Below, in pieces: positions 20,466 to 29,756 of a stretch of 64,000 nt of DNA (within the stretch, counting starts at the first letter, position 1; every line of letters starts with the position of its first letter). The notes beneath the pieces were generated by a model, which saw only the letters and a list, made by a program, of their open reading frames with translations, was not told where the DNA came from and did not search any database. This DNA comes from a bacterium (GTDB lineage Bacteria > UBA8248 > JACPRG01 > G963555815). Made by a program: the position numbers and the translations under genes. The stretch lies in contig CBDHDG010000006.1 of the NCBI GenBank assembly GCA_965261595.1, forward strand, positions 64,001 to 128,000, given 5' to 3'.

Positions 20466-21456
20466 GCTCCAACCCACGCTGAAGACATGGGTCCTCCTCG
20501 GCGGTCTGGTTTTCCTGGCGGGGCTGCCGCCCGCGGCCTCCTCGATGGACCAGCCTTTCTTGATCAGCCTCTTCAGCCGAATCCTGATCTACGCCCTGGT
20601 CGCGCTGAGCCTGGACCTGATCCTCGGGTTCGGCGGCATGGTGAGCCTCGGGCACGCGGCCTTTTTCGGCGCCGGCGCTTACGTCGTCGCCATCCTCGCC
20701 TTCCACGGCGCGGAGGGATCGGCCTTGTTCGGGTTGCCCATCGGGATCACCGGCACAGAAAGCGCGATCATTTCCTGGCCGGCGGCCATCGGGGTCTCGG
20801 CGGCCCTGGCCTTCGTCATCGGGGCCATCAGCCTGCGGACGAGCGGCGTCTACTTCATCATGATCACCCTGGCCTTCGCCCAAATGATGTATTTCTTCTT
20901 TATTTCACTCGAAAAATACGGCGGGGACGACGGATTGAGCATGGTCCGGCGGAACGACTTCGTGGGGCTCGATCTGTCCGATGACGCCGCGTTCTACTAT
21001 GTCTGTCTCGGCCTGCTCCTGTTGTCCTTTGCCTTCAGCCGCCGATTGGTGAAGTCCCGGTTCGGGATGGTCATCCGCGGCTGCAAGGAGAATGAACGGC
21101 GGATGCGCGCCCTCGGGTTTCCCGTCTACCGGTACAAGCTGGCCTGTTTCGTGATCGCCGGCGCCCTGGCCGGACTGGCCGGGGGCCTGATCGCGAACCA
21201 GACCGAGTTTGTCAGCCCGAACCTGATGCACTGGACCGTTTCCGGGGAAATCATGATCATGGTGATCCTGGGGGGGATGGGCACGCTGTTCGGTCCCATT
21301 TTCGGCGCCGCCGCGTATCTTCTGCTCGAAGAAGCGCTGTCCATCTACACCGAGCACTGGATGCTCTTTCTCGGACCCGCCCTGATCGCGGTCGTCCTGT
21401 TCGCCCGGCGGGGTCTCGCCGGCTGGCTCGAGGAGCGGGAGAACCGAGATGCCTGA
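20458..21456 (+). CDS. livM: Liv-type ABC permease
   Basis: GMVSLGHAAFFG, YFIMITLAFAQ, LGGMGTLFGP. Confidence 0.88.
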   Translation: MRKLQPTLKTWVLLGGLVFLAGLPPAASSMDQPFLISLFSRILIYALVALSLDLILGFGGMVSLGHAAFFGAGAYVVAILAFHGAEGSALFGLPIGITGTESAIISWPAAIGVSAALAFVIGAISLRTSGVYFIMITLAFAQMMYFFFISLEKYGGDDGLSMVRRNDFVGLDLSDDAAFYYVCLGLLLLSFAFSRRLVKSRFGMVIRGCKENERRMRALGFPVYRYKLACFVIAGALAGLAGGLIANQTEFVSPNLMHWTVSGEIMIMVILGGMGTLFGPIFGAAAYLLLEEALSIYTEHWMLFLGPALIAVVLFARRGLAGWLEERENRDA

Positions 21457-22198
21457 GCCTTTGCTTCTCACCGAAGGGATGACCAAGGCCTTCGGCGCGC
21501 TCCGGGCGACGGACGGGTTGTCCCTCGCCGTCCTGCCCGGCGAGATCCACGCCGTCATCGGTCCCAACGGCGCGGGCAAGACAACGGCCATCGCCCAAAT
21601 CTCCGGCGAGCTCATCCCGGATTCGGGCGCCGTCCGTTTCCAGGGCCGGGACATCACGGGCCTTCCCGTCCACGCCCGCTCCCATCTGGGTCTCGCCCGG
21701 TCTTTCCAGATCACCTCGCTTTTCCTCGGCTTCACGGCGGAGGACAACGTGGCGATGGCCCTCCAGGCGCACGACGGACATTCCTTCCGGTTCTGGCGTG
21801 ACGCCCGGACCGATCCACGCCTGCGGGGCCCGGCCCGGGAGGTCCTCGACCGCATGGGCTTGGGGGCCAGGGCCGCCGTCCCCGCCGCAAACCTCGCCCA
21901 CGGAGAGCAGCGTCAGCTGGAGCTCGCGGTGGCGCTGGCCACGGAGCCGTCCCTCCTCCTGTTGGATGAGCCGATGGCGGGCATGGGTCCGGAAGATTCG
22001 GTCCGGATGGTGGAATTGCTGAAGACCCTCAAGGGAAAGGTGACGATCCTTCTGGTCGAGCATGACATGGACGCCGTGTTCGCGCTGGCGGATCGCGTCA
22101 CGGTCCTGGTGTACGGCAAGGCGATCGCCACGGGCGCGCCCGAGGAGATCCGCGCCGACCCCCACGTGCTCCAGGCCTATCTCGGCGAGGAGGCGTGA
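21449..22198 (+). CDS. livG: Liv-type ABC ATPase
   Basis: GPNGAGKT, LLDEPMAG, VEHDM, AYLG tail. Confidence 0.9.
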   Translation: MPEPLLLTEGMTKAFGALRATDGLSLAVLPGEIHAVIGPNGAGKTTAIAQISGELIPDSGAVRFQGRDITGLPVHARSHLGLARSFQITSLFLGFTAEDNVAMALQAHDGHSFRFWRDARTDPRLRGPAREVLDRMGLGARAAVPAANLAHGEQRQLELAVALATEPSLLLLDEPMAGMGPEDSVRMVELLKTLKGKVTILLVEHDMDAVFALADRVTVLVYGKAIATGAPEEIRADPHVLQAYLGEEA

Positions 22199-22899
22199 TG
22201 CTTCAGATCTCGGACATCGAAACCTTCTACGGCCGAAGCCGGGTTCTGTTCGGCGTCAGCTTCGAGGTCGGCCCGGGCGAGGTGGTGACCCTGATGGGCC
22301 GGAACGGGATGGGAAAGACGACGACGGTGCGCTCCATCATGGGCCTGACACCGCCGAGGTCCGGCCGGATCCGCTTCGAGGGGGTGGAGATTCAAAACCG
22401 GCCCAGCCATGAGGTGGCGCGCGCGGGCCTGGCGCTGGTCCCCGAGGGCCGGCAGGTGTTCCCGACCCTGACCGTCCGGGAAAACCTGATCGCCACGGCG
22501 GCCAACCGGTCCAGCGCGGAAAATCCCTGGACGGTCGAGCGCGTCTTCGAGATGTTTCCCATGCTGGAAGAGCGGCGAAATTCCATGGGAAGAACCTTGT
22601 CGGGCGGGGAACAGCAGATGCTCGCGATCGGGCGGGCGTTGATGCTCAATTCGAAGGTCCTCATCCTGGACGACGCGACGGAGGGGCTCGCGCCGCTGAT
22701 CCGCGCGGAGATCTGGCGGTGCCTGGAGCGCCTCAAAGAGGCCGGGCAGTCAATCCTGGTCATCGACAGAAGCCTCGATGCCCTGACGCGCATCGCCGAC
22801 CGGCATTACATCATGGAGAAGGGGAAGGTGGTCTGGTCCGGGGATTCGGCCGCCCTCGCCGCCCAACAGGAGTTGCGGCTCCGGTACCTGGGCGTCTAG
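22195..22899 (+). CDS. livF: Liv-type ABC ATPase
   Basis: GRNGMGKT, LSGGEQQMLAIGRAL; Walker B reads ILDD. Confidence 0.88.
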   Translation: MMLQISDIETFYGRSRVLFGVSFEVGPGEVVTLMGRNGMGKTTTVRSIMGLTPPRSGRIRFEGVEIQNRPSHEVARAGLALVPEGRQVFPTLTVRENLIATAANRSSAENPWTVERVFEMFPMLEERRNSMGRTLSGGEQQMLAIGRALMLNSKVLILDDATEGLAPLIRAEIWRCLERLKEAGQSILVIDRSLDALTRIADRHYIMEKGKVVWSGDSAALAAQQELRLRYLGV

Positions 22900-23159
22900 T
22901 CCGCTTTGTCCACGGAGAACTGCGTGAGCTGTAGCGCCTCCTTAACGGTTTTTCCCGTAGCAAGGGACAAACCACCCCCCTGGTGGTCTGTCCATATGAA
23001 CGAGCAAAAATGACGCCTAAAGCGTCCCCATTTTGAGGATTTTTTAAATAAAAAGCATTAAATACAATAGGCTAGATATAATTTCGCGATTGATTCATCC
23101 GAGGGAAAACCCGTCGGCGGGAAATGTGGGGGACGCGGCGATGACGAAGTTGGGGGCCC

Positions 23160-23945
23160 ATGGTGATTAAGCGAATCGCCGTCGTTGCGGCCGCGGCGTT
23201 TTTGCTCTGGGCGGGGGTTGAACCGGCCCGGGCGTATTTTTCAGACAGTTGGACAGAGGGGTACGGACTGCTTCTTCGCCGGTATGTGAGTCCCGGATCG
23301 CGAAACGGCGTCACCTGCAATCTGGTGGATTACGAGGGACTGCGCGAGGACCGCCGATTCATGAAGCTCCGTAGAGGATTGGCCCGGCTGCCCTCTTTTT
23401 CAACGCTTCCCGAGCGGAAGCGCCTGGCCTTGTGGCTCAATATTTATAATTTCCTCGTGCTTTCATTGGTCGTGGATCACCCCGGGTTGAAGAACCTGCT
23501 GGAAATCCGGAAGGGAACAACATCCGTCTGGCATCTGGCCGCAGGAGAGGTGGCGGGAAAAACCCATTCGTTACATGGGATCGATCGCGTGATTCTGCGG
23601 AACAAGTTCAAGGATCCGCGCGTTCATTTCGCACTCACCAAAGGGATGGTGAGCTCGCCAGACCTGAGACCGGAGCCTTATCAAGCGGACAAGCTGGATG
23701 ACCAGCTCAGAGAACAGGTGAAGTCCTTTTTCAGCAACTCCGGGAAGGGAAAGCGCATCGAGCGCGCCGCGACCGGAGGCGTCCTCCACATCTCGACCTT
23801 CTTCGACTGGTTCAAACGCGACTTCGGGAACGACCCGAGGACATGGCTGTTGAACCGTCAACTCATTACCCCCGATGACGCCCGTCTTCCCCTGCGATTC
23901 CTGACGTTCGACTTCACCTTGAACGCCCAGCCGGACCGGAACTGA
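23160..23945 (+). CDS. Secreted DUF547-domain protein
   Basis: Signal peptide, VDYEGL, LALWLNIYN, DPRVHFAL, FDWFKRDF. Confidence 0.8.
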   Translation: MVIKRIAVVAAAAFLLWAGVEPARAYFSDSWTEGYGLLLRRYVSPGSRNGVTCNLVDYEGLREDRRFMKLRRGLARLPSFSTLPERKRLALWLNIYNFLVLSLVVDHPGLKNLLEIRKGTTSVWHLAAGEVAGKTHSLHGIDRVILRNKFKDPRVHFALTKGMVSSPDLRPEPYQADKLDDQLREQVKSFFSNSGKGKRIERAATGGVLHISTFFDWFKRDFGNDPRTWLLNRQLITPDDARLPLRFLTFDFTLNAQPDRN

Positions 23946-23974
23946 GCCGCCCGTCACCCTCCCCTCCACACGCT

Positions 23975-24193
23975 TTGACTTCGCGCGAGATTTCCAGGGC
24001 GAACTTGTACAAATGCATTGACTGCGTAGTGATGCATGAGCTCTGCCACCTTAAGTGCCCCGACCACAGTCTTAGATTCCGCCAACTATTTTCTCAGTGT
24101 ATGCCCGATTGGAAGCTTTACCAAGCGAGATTGCGGACACGAGGTACAACTCCTGTAATCGGAGAGGGAGTTGGCTTATTCTGGGACAAATAG
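23975..24193 (+). pseudogene. YgjP/DUF45 (M48-like) metallopeptidase C-terminal fragment
   Basis: IDCVVMHELCHL..DHS..F.....MPDWK (HExxH); no N-terminal part. Confidence 0.65.
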
Positions 24194-24243
24194 TCTCAGA
24201 ATCGTATGCTAGAGGGCAAATATTTCGCCGTGGATTTTCAACA

Positions 24244-24953
24244 ATGGCAACCATCGACATCCTGAATTCAGACGGTTATCTAACCATTCCACTCTATCAC
24301 GGTACGAGCACGATCTTTTGGGATTCTATCAAGACCCATGGAGTAGGCGGACGGAACATGATCAAAGAATGGCAGGTACTGGATTTATTCGCTATCGCAA
24401 AAAACATGTGATGAGGCTACCTCCAGGGTCCAAAGCATTGGAATCGGTTGCACTTCAGATTGGGATGTACGAACACATGGAAAAGCAACAGGTAAATCGT
24501 TTTAATTGGCGGCACGGGTCGGCATTTTTAGCAGCAAACATAAGGCGTGCGGTCTCTTACGGAACGAAGAGCTATGGATCAGAATTGATAAGGGAAACTT
24601 TCACTTTGCTCGATCTGTTGGACGAGGAAACACCTGGTCGATCGGAGGACCTCCTCGAGAACTATCCTGAGGTGGCGGAATTGCGCCCGATTTCGTCGTG
24701 TCCACTTCTGATCAGGCTGGATCGCGTCCCTGTGTCGGAGTTGAAAGACGAACATGGTGGGGATCCCAACGGAATGATCGAATGGGCAAGTTCCATAGAT
24801 TCGGAGATTTTTCGGCCTTTTAGCCAAGCCTTGAACTTCGAGTTGGTGACGCCAGTACCGTCGATTCGCCTGTGCGCCTTCCGGGTCGTCAATTGTACCA
24901 ATGAATACTTCGACGGCGCACCGGAGGAATTCGAATTAGATCCGATTGATTGA
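24244..24953 (+). pseudogene. Hypothetical protein with ART-like LYHGTS motif, split at A6 run (24399-24404)
   Basis: MATID...LYHGTS..SIKTHG continues in the -1 frame as ...SAFLAANIRRAVSYG...; low-GC segment. Confidence 0.5.
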
Positions 24954-24987
24954 GATGCCGCAGCCTCTCAGCACACAAGCTACGCCC

Positions 24988-25734
24988 TTACGGCCCGGGC
25001 GGCGGCGCACGGCGCTTGACGAGCTTTTCGAACGCGTTCAACCGGGCCGGGTCCAGGCCCTCGATCTTCCGGATTTTTTCGAGAAAACCGTCAGCGTCCC
25101 GGTGGGCCATTCGGCTCAAATCGGGCGCGATGCGGTAGGCCCCCGTCAGCTTGTCCTCGAAAGCCTTCCGAACCAGCGGCGCGATGATCCGAAACACCCA
25201 GTCCAGGATAACGTTCTCGACGTGCAGATAGGCGCGGATCGCGACGGACCCGGACGGGCCGGATTTTCCCGGAGCGGCCCACGGGAAATCCTCCACCACA
25301 AAGGAACGCGCGCGGACGACGATCCCGAGCCAGGCGAAGGCGGGATTCTCGTAGACGCCCTTCGCCAGATACGCCGCCCGGCCGGGTCGGCGCTCCGCCG
25401 CCCAGAAAACGCCCCGGGCATGCCCGTGGAAGATGCGATAGCGGCCCCTCTCTGGCAGGATGCGGAACCGGTCATGGCCGATCCCCCGGCTGACGGCCGC
25501 CGCGAAATCGGGCTGGTCGATCAGGAACCGGAAGACATCGGGGTCCGCCCGGAAGGTCAGCTTCCGGGCCGCCTGAAAGGTCGGCCGGTCGACAATCGCG
25601 GCGGCCATCTCCCTGTCCCCGGGGGAATACCCCTCAACCGAAGGCGGGATCGCCCTTTCAGCGGCGAAGGCGGATTCGCCCAAGAGAACGAGCGCTCCCA
25701 GGAAGAGAACCGCCGTCCTTTGAATCCATGCCAT
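24988..25734 (-). CDS. Hypothetical exported protein
   Basis: Signal-peptide-like N-terminus MAWIQRTAVLFLGALVLLGESAFA; plausible globular sequence. Confidence 0.6.
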   Translation of the reverse strand: MAWIQRTAVLFLGALVLLGESAFAAERAIPPSVEGYSPGDREMAAAIVDRPTFQAARKLTFRADPDVFRFLIDQPDFAAAVSRGIGHDRFRILPERGRYRIFHGHARGVFWAAERRPGRAAYLAKGVYENPAFAWLGIVVRARSFVVEDFPWAAPGKSGPSGSVAIRAYLHVENVILDWVFRIIAPLVRKAFEDKLTGAYRIAPDLSRMAHRDADGFLEKIRKIEGLDPARLNAFEKLVKRRAPPPGP

Positions 25735-25995
25735 GGTTTCCGGGCGGATCGTCAAGAGACCCCCTTCACCGATCCGAAAGCGCGCTTCCAACCCCTGGGG
25801 GACTCCACTGTCCCCGGTCGCAGTATCTCCGATAGGGGGGGAGGGTTTCCAGCGGCCGGAAGGTGACCGCACCGGCGTCGGATGAAAAAAATCGATGAGA
25901 CATTCAGTGGGGAATCAATGGATGGAGGATGAGCGTTGATACACGCTCTTGGAACATGGCTTCGGCGGGGTGAAGCCGCGTGAGGGCGCCCATCC

Positions 25996-26727
25996 TTACA
26001 CGCCCAGATAATATTTCTTGACGAGCTCGTGATTGCTGAGCTCCTCGGTGCTTTTTCCCTCGAAGGCGATCTTCCCTTCCACGATGATATAGCCCCGATC
26101 GGCGATCTTGATGGCCTGATTGAAGTTCTGCTCCGCCATGAGGACCGTCAGGTTGTATTCGTCCTTCAGCTCCCGGATCTTGGCGATCACCCGGCTGACG
26201 AGGATGGGGGCCAGGCCCACGGAGGGCTCATCGATGAGGAGGACCTTGGGCGAGGACATGAGCGCCCGGGCGATGGCCAGCATCTGCTGCTCGCCCCCGC
26301 TCATGCTGCCCGCCTGTTGGCCTCGGCGCTCTTCCAGGATGGGGAAGGCCTCGAAGCAGAACCGCTTGTTGGCGTCGAGGCGGCTCCTCGCTTCCGGACG
26401 GTAAGCGCCCAGCTCGAGATTCTCCTCCACGGTCAGCATCGGGAACAGCCGGCGGCCTTCCGGGACCAGGGTGACGCCGAGGCTCACGATCTCCTCGGCG
26501 GGCTTCCCCACCAGGTCGATTCGATCGCCGTCGGACTCGAAATAGATCTCGCCGCTGTCGGGCGGGACCAGCCCCATGATGCACTTGAGCAGCGTGCTCT
26601 TGCCGTTGCCGTTCGTCCCGAGGAGCGCGACGGTTTCCCCGTCCTGAACGTCCACCGAGACGCCGTGGAGGACCTTCACCGCTCCGTACCCGGCCCTCAG
26701 GTTTTTGACGATGATGCTATTCCCCAA
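25996..26727 (-). CDS. livF: Liv-type ABC ATPase
   Basis: GTNGNGKS, MSGGEQQMLA, IDEPSVGL. Confidence 0.9.
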   Translation of the reverse strand: MGNSIIVKNLRAGYGAVKVLHGVSVDVQDGETVALLGTNGNGKSTLLKCIMGLVPPDSGEIYFESDGDRIDLVGKPAEEIVSLGVTLVPEGRRLFPMLTVEENLELGAYRPEARSRLDANKRFCFEAFPILEERRGQQAGSMSGGEQQMLAIARALMSSPKVLLIDEPSVGLAPILVSRVIAKIRELKDEYNLTVLMAEQNFNQAIKIADRGYIIVEGKIAFEGKSTEELSNHELVKKYYLGV

Positions 26728-27448
26728 GATAGGCCCTCTCCACTTCCGGGTTGGCCACGACCTCCTCGGGCGCGCCCTCGGCGATCTTCTTTCCCGCGTC
26801 CAGGACGGCGATCCTTTCCGAGAAGCTCATCACGGCCCGCATGATGTGCTCGATCATGATGATCGTGATGCCGCGCTCGTTGAGGCGGAACAGCATCTCG
26901 ATGATCTCGTCCACCTCCGAGCCCGACAAGCCCGCCATGGCCTCATCCAGGATGAGGAGCTTCGGCTCAGCCGCCAGGGCCCTGGCGAGCTCCAGCTTCC
27001 GCATCTCGATTTGGGTCAGGCCGCCGGGTTTCGCGTCGGCCTTTCCGTCGAGACCGACGAGCCGAAGGATCTCTTCCGCTTCCTTATGGATGTGGAGCCC
27101 GTGGTGGGACTTGTAGTGCGCCGCGTACTCCAGCGGGATGCAGAGGTTCTCCAGGACCGTCATGCTGGTGAACGGCTTTGGAATCTGGAAGCTTCTCACC
27201 AGCCCCATCCGAGCCCGCTTGTAGCCGGCCGTGGTCGTGATGTCCTTTCCGCCGAAGACGACCCTTCCCCCGTCGCACGGCAGGGCGCCGGAGACGGAGT
27301 TGATGAGGGTGGTCTTTCCGGAGCCGTTGGGACCGATCAGGCCGAACCGCTCGCCGGCGTTGACGTGAACACTGACTTCCGTCAGGGCGTGAAACCCGCC
27401 GAAGCGCTTCGACACGCCTTGGATGTCGAGAAGCCGTTCGTCCGCCAT
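26717..27448 (-). CDS. livG: Liv-type ABC ATPase
   Basis: GPNGSGKT, LDEAMAG, IEHIM; ATGA overlap with the upstream gene. Confidence 0.9.
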   Translation of the reverse strand: MADERLLDIQGVSKRFGGFHALTEVSVHVNAGERFGLIGPNGSGKTTLINSVSGALPCDGGRVVFGGKDITTTAGYKRARMGLVRSFQIPKPFTSMTVLENLCIPLEYAAHYKSHHGLHIHKEAEEILRLVGLDGKADAKPGGLTQIEMRKLELARALAAEPKLLILDEAMAGLSGSEVDEIIEMLFRLNERGITIIMIEHIMRAVMSFSERIAVLDAGKKIAEGAPEEVVANPEVERAYLGE

Positions 27449-28389
27449 CAGGTCTTCTTCCCGATCACCTTGCGAAAGAGCCCGACGAGCCCCTCGGGGG
27501 CGAGGATGACGAACCCGATCAGGACGACGCCCACGAAGAACAGCGCCCACTCTGATGAGATCGTGACGGTCAGAATCTGCTGCGCGGTCGCCAACAGGAC
27601 CGCCCCGACCACGGGACCCAGCCACGTGGTGGTCCCGCCGATCAACGGCATGGCCAGGCTGTTCACGGCGTAGTCGAGGCTGAAAGCGGAAGTCGGATCC
27701 AGGTACGTGATGTAGTACGGGAACGGGGCGCCGGCCACCCCCATCAGGAACCCGCTCACCGTCGTGGCGAACAGCTTCAGCTTCAGGATCGGCACGCCCA
27801 TGCACTCGGCCGCCTCATCATCATCCCGGATGGCGGCGAGCCCCCTCCCGATCCGGGAGTTCTCGATGAACCAGGCGACGGCCACGGAGAGGACGGCGAG
27901 GACCACCATCAAGGCGAAGAGGAATTCCACATAGTTGCTGAAGAAGGGAACCTCTCTCGGCCGGAGGATGTACATCCCCCTCGCCCCGCCCACAAACTCC
28001 CAATTGTCGACCACGGTCTTCAAGACGATCGCAAGCGCCAGCGTGGCGATGGCGAAGAACACCCCGTGAAGCCTCATCGTCAGATACCCGATCCCCAGCC
28101 CCAGGAGGCCCGAAACAACGCCTCCGCAGAGGATCATGAGGAGGATATTGATCTTGTACGCCTTGAGGAGAGCCACGGCCGTGTAGGCGCCGACGGCGAA
28201 GAAGCCGGCCGTGCCGAAGTTCACATAGCCGGTGTATCCCCCCAGGATGTTCCACGCGGTGGCGAGGACGATGTACTGGAGGACGACGTAGGAGGCGAAA
28301 TAGTAATACTGGTTCTGCATGATGCCGGTCAGAATGAAGCCCGCGGCGATGATGGCGGCCGCCGTCAACAAGAGCCATTTGTTTCTCAA
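27448..28389 (-). CDS. livM: Liv-type ABC permease
   Basis: WNILGGYTGYVNFG, FAIATLA, AIRDDDEAA. Confidence 0.88.
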   Translation of the reverse strand: MRNKWLLLTAAAIIAAGFILTGIMQNQYYYFASYVVLQYIVLATAWNILGGYTGYVNFGTAGFFAVGAYTAVALLKAYKINILLMILCGGVVSGLLGLGIGYLTMRLHGVFFAIATLALAIVLKTVVDNWEFVGGARGMYILRPREVPFFSNYVEFLFALMVVLAVLSVAVAWFIENSRIGRGLAAIRDDDEAAECMGVPILKLKLFATTVSGFLMGVAGAPFPYYITYLDPTSAFSLDYAVNSLAMPLIGGTTTWLGPVVGAVLLATAQQILTVTISSEWALFFVGVVLIGFVILAPEGLVGLFRKVIGKKT

Positions 28390-28392
28390 GGA

Positions 28393-29265
28393 CTACCTCC
28401 CGAACAGACCCGATGGCCGGACCGCCAGCACGATCAAGAGGATTCCGAACGAAACGGCCAGCGACCAGGAAGGGCCGTAGAACGTCGAGGTGAGACTCTC
28501 CAGCACCCCCAGGATCAAAGCGGCCACCAGCGTCCCGCCGACGCTCCCCATCCCGCCCAGGACGACGATGGCGAAAACCCGTCCGATGTACTCCCGGTTG
28601 ATGGAAGGCTCGACGGTGGCGAGGATGATCAGCAGCGCGCCCGCGAGGCTGGCCGTGGCGATGGCGATTCCGAAGGCGATGGACTTGATCTTGACGGGGT
28701 CGGCCCCCATGAGCCGGAGGGCGAGACCGTCCTGGGAAACCCCCATGATGGCCTTGCCGTAAAAGCTCCTGGAGAGGAAGAAGTGAAGCGACAGCGTCAT
28801 GATCACCCCACCGAGAAAGGGCACAAGCAACCGGGTGGCGATCCCGACGACGCCGATATGGATGGATTTACCGATGTAGGACGGCTCGAGCAGGCGGTAG
28901 TCCACGCCGTACACGATGATCAGCGAAACCTCGATGATGAAGAGAAGGCCGAAGAAGAACACCAGCCCCCGCAGAGACTCCGTCCCCTTCTTCTCGAAGC
29001 TGTTGTAATAGATCCGGTAGACCCCGACCCCGAGCAGATAGAAGACGGGGGTAAAGATCAGCCCCGCGACGATGGGGTCGATCCCGAGGCCTTCATACAA
29101 CATGAAGGCCACATAAGAGCCCAGGATGACGAAGACGGGGTGGGCGATGTTCACCACGTCCAGCAGTCCGAAGGCCAGGGAAAGCCCCAGGGCGACGGCC
29201 GCGTAGAATCCGCCCACCAAAAGACCCGCGACGATGGCGTTCAGCAGCAGATCGAAGGAGAACAC
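28393..29265 (-). CDS. livH: Liv-type ABC permease
   Basis: GLSLAFGLLDVVNIAH, LGGMGSVGG, RPSGLFG. Confidence 0.88.
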   Translation of the reverse strand: MFSFDLLLNAIVAGLLVGGFYAAVALGLSLAFGLLDVVNIAHPVFVILGSYVAFMLYEGLGIDPIVAGLIFTPVFYLLGVGVYRIYYNSFEKKGTESLRGLVFFFGLLFIIEVSLIIVYGVDYRLLEPSYIGKSIHIGVVGIATRLLVPFLGGVIMTLSLHFFLSRSFYGKAIMGVSQDGLALRLMGADPVKIKSIAFGIAIATASLAGALLIILATVEPSINREYIGRVFAIVVLGGMGSVGGTLVAALILGVLESLTSTFYGPSWSLAVSFGILLIVLAVRPSGLFGR

Positions 29266-29280
29266 GAAGCGCCTCCCGAC

Positions 29281-29327
29281 ATGGAACAAGGGCGCGCGCC
29301 CTCCCCGGGGCGCGGCCCTTGTTCCAT
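29281..29327. other. Stem-loop between binding-protein and permease genes
   Basis: ATGGAACAAGGG...CCCTTGTTCCAT inverted repeat. Confidence 0.7.
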
Positions 29328-29756
29328 AAAGGGACAGGTTATGTTACCGGGCTTTGGCGTAAGGGTAAATCACCTTGCCCGATTTCCACTCCTCAGGATA
29401 GAGCACCACCCGCTTCCCGGGCTTCCTGAACTGATCGACATTGGAGCCCTTGATGCCCTGGAACTGAATCATGAGCGCCCGGGTCTTCGCCCACTCGCCG
29501 TTGGGAGCGAACTTGACCTTGCCGACGATGGTGTTGAACGTGTTGGCGCGGATGTATTCGCCCACCTTCTTCTGGTCCGTGCTCTTCACGGCCTCGATGG
29601 CCTGTCCGAGGATCTGGACGTAGGCGTAGGCCCAGGGCGGCAGGTAGTGGCCCAGGGGATCCACGCCCGCCTTCTTCGCCTGCGCCTGGTACTTCTTCAG
29701 GAAGGCCTCGATCCCCGGGAACTTCAGGGTGCGCTCGGGCACCCAGAAGTCGTAAT

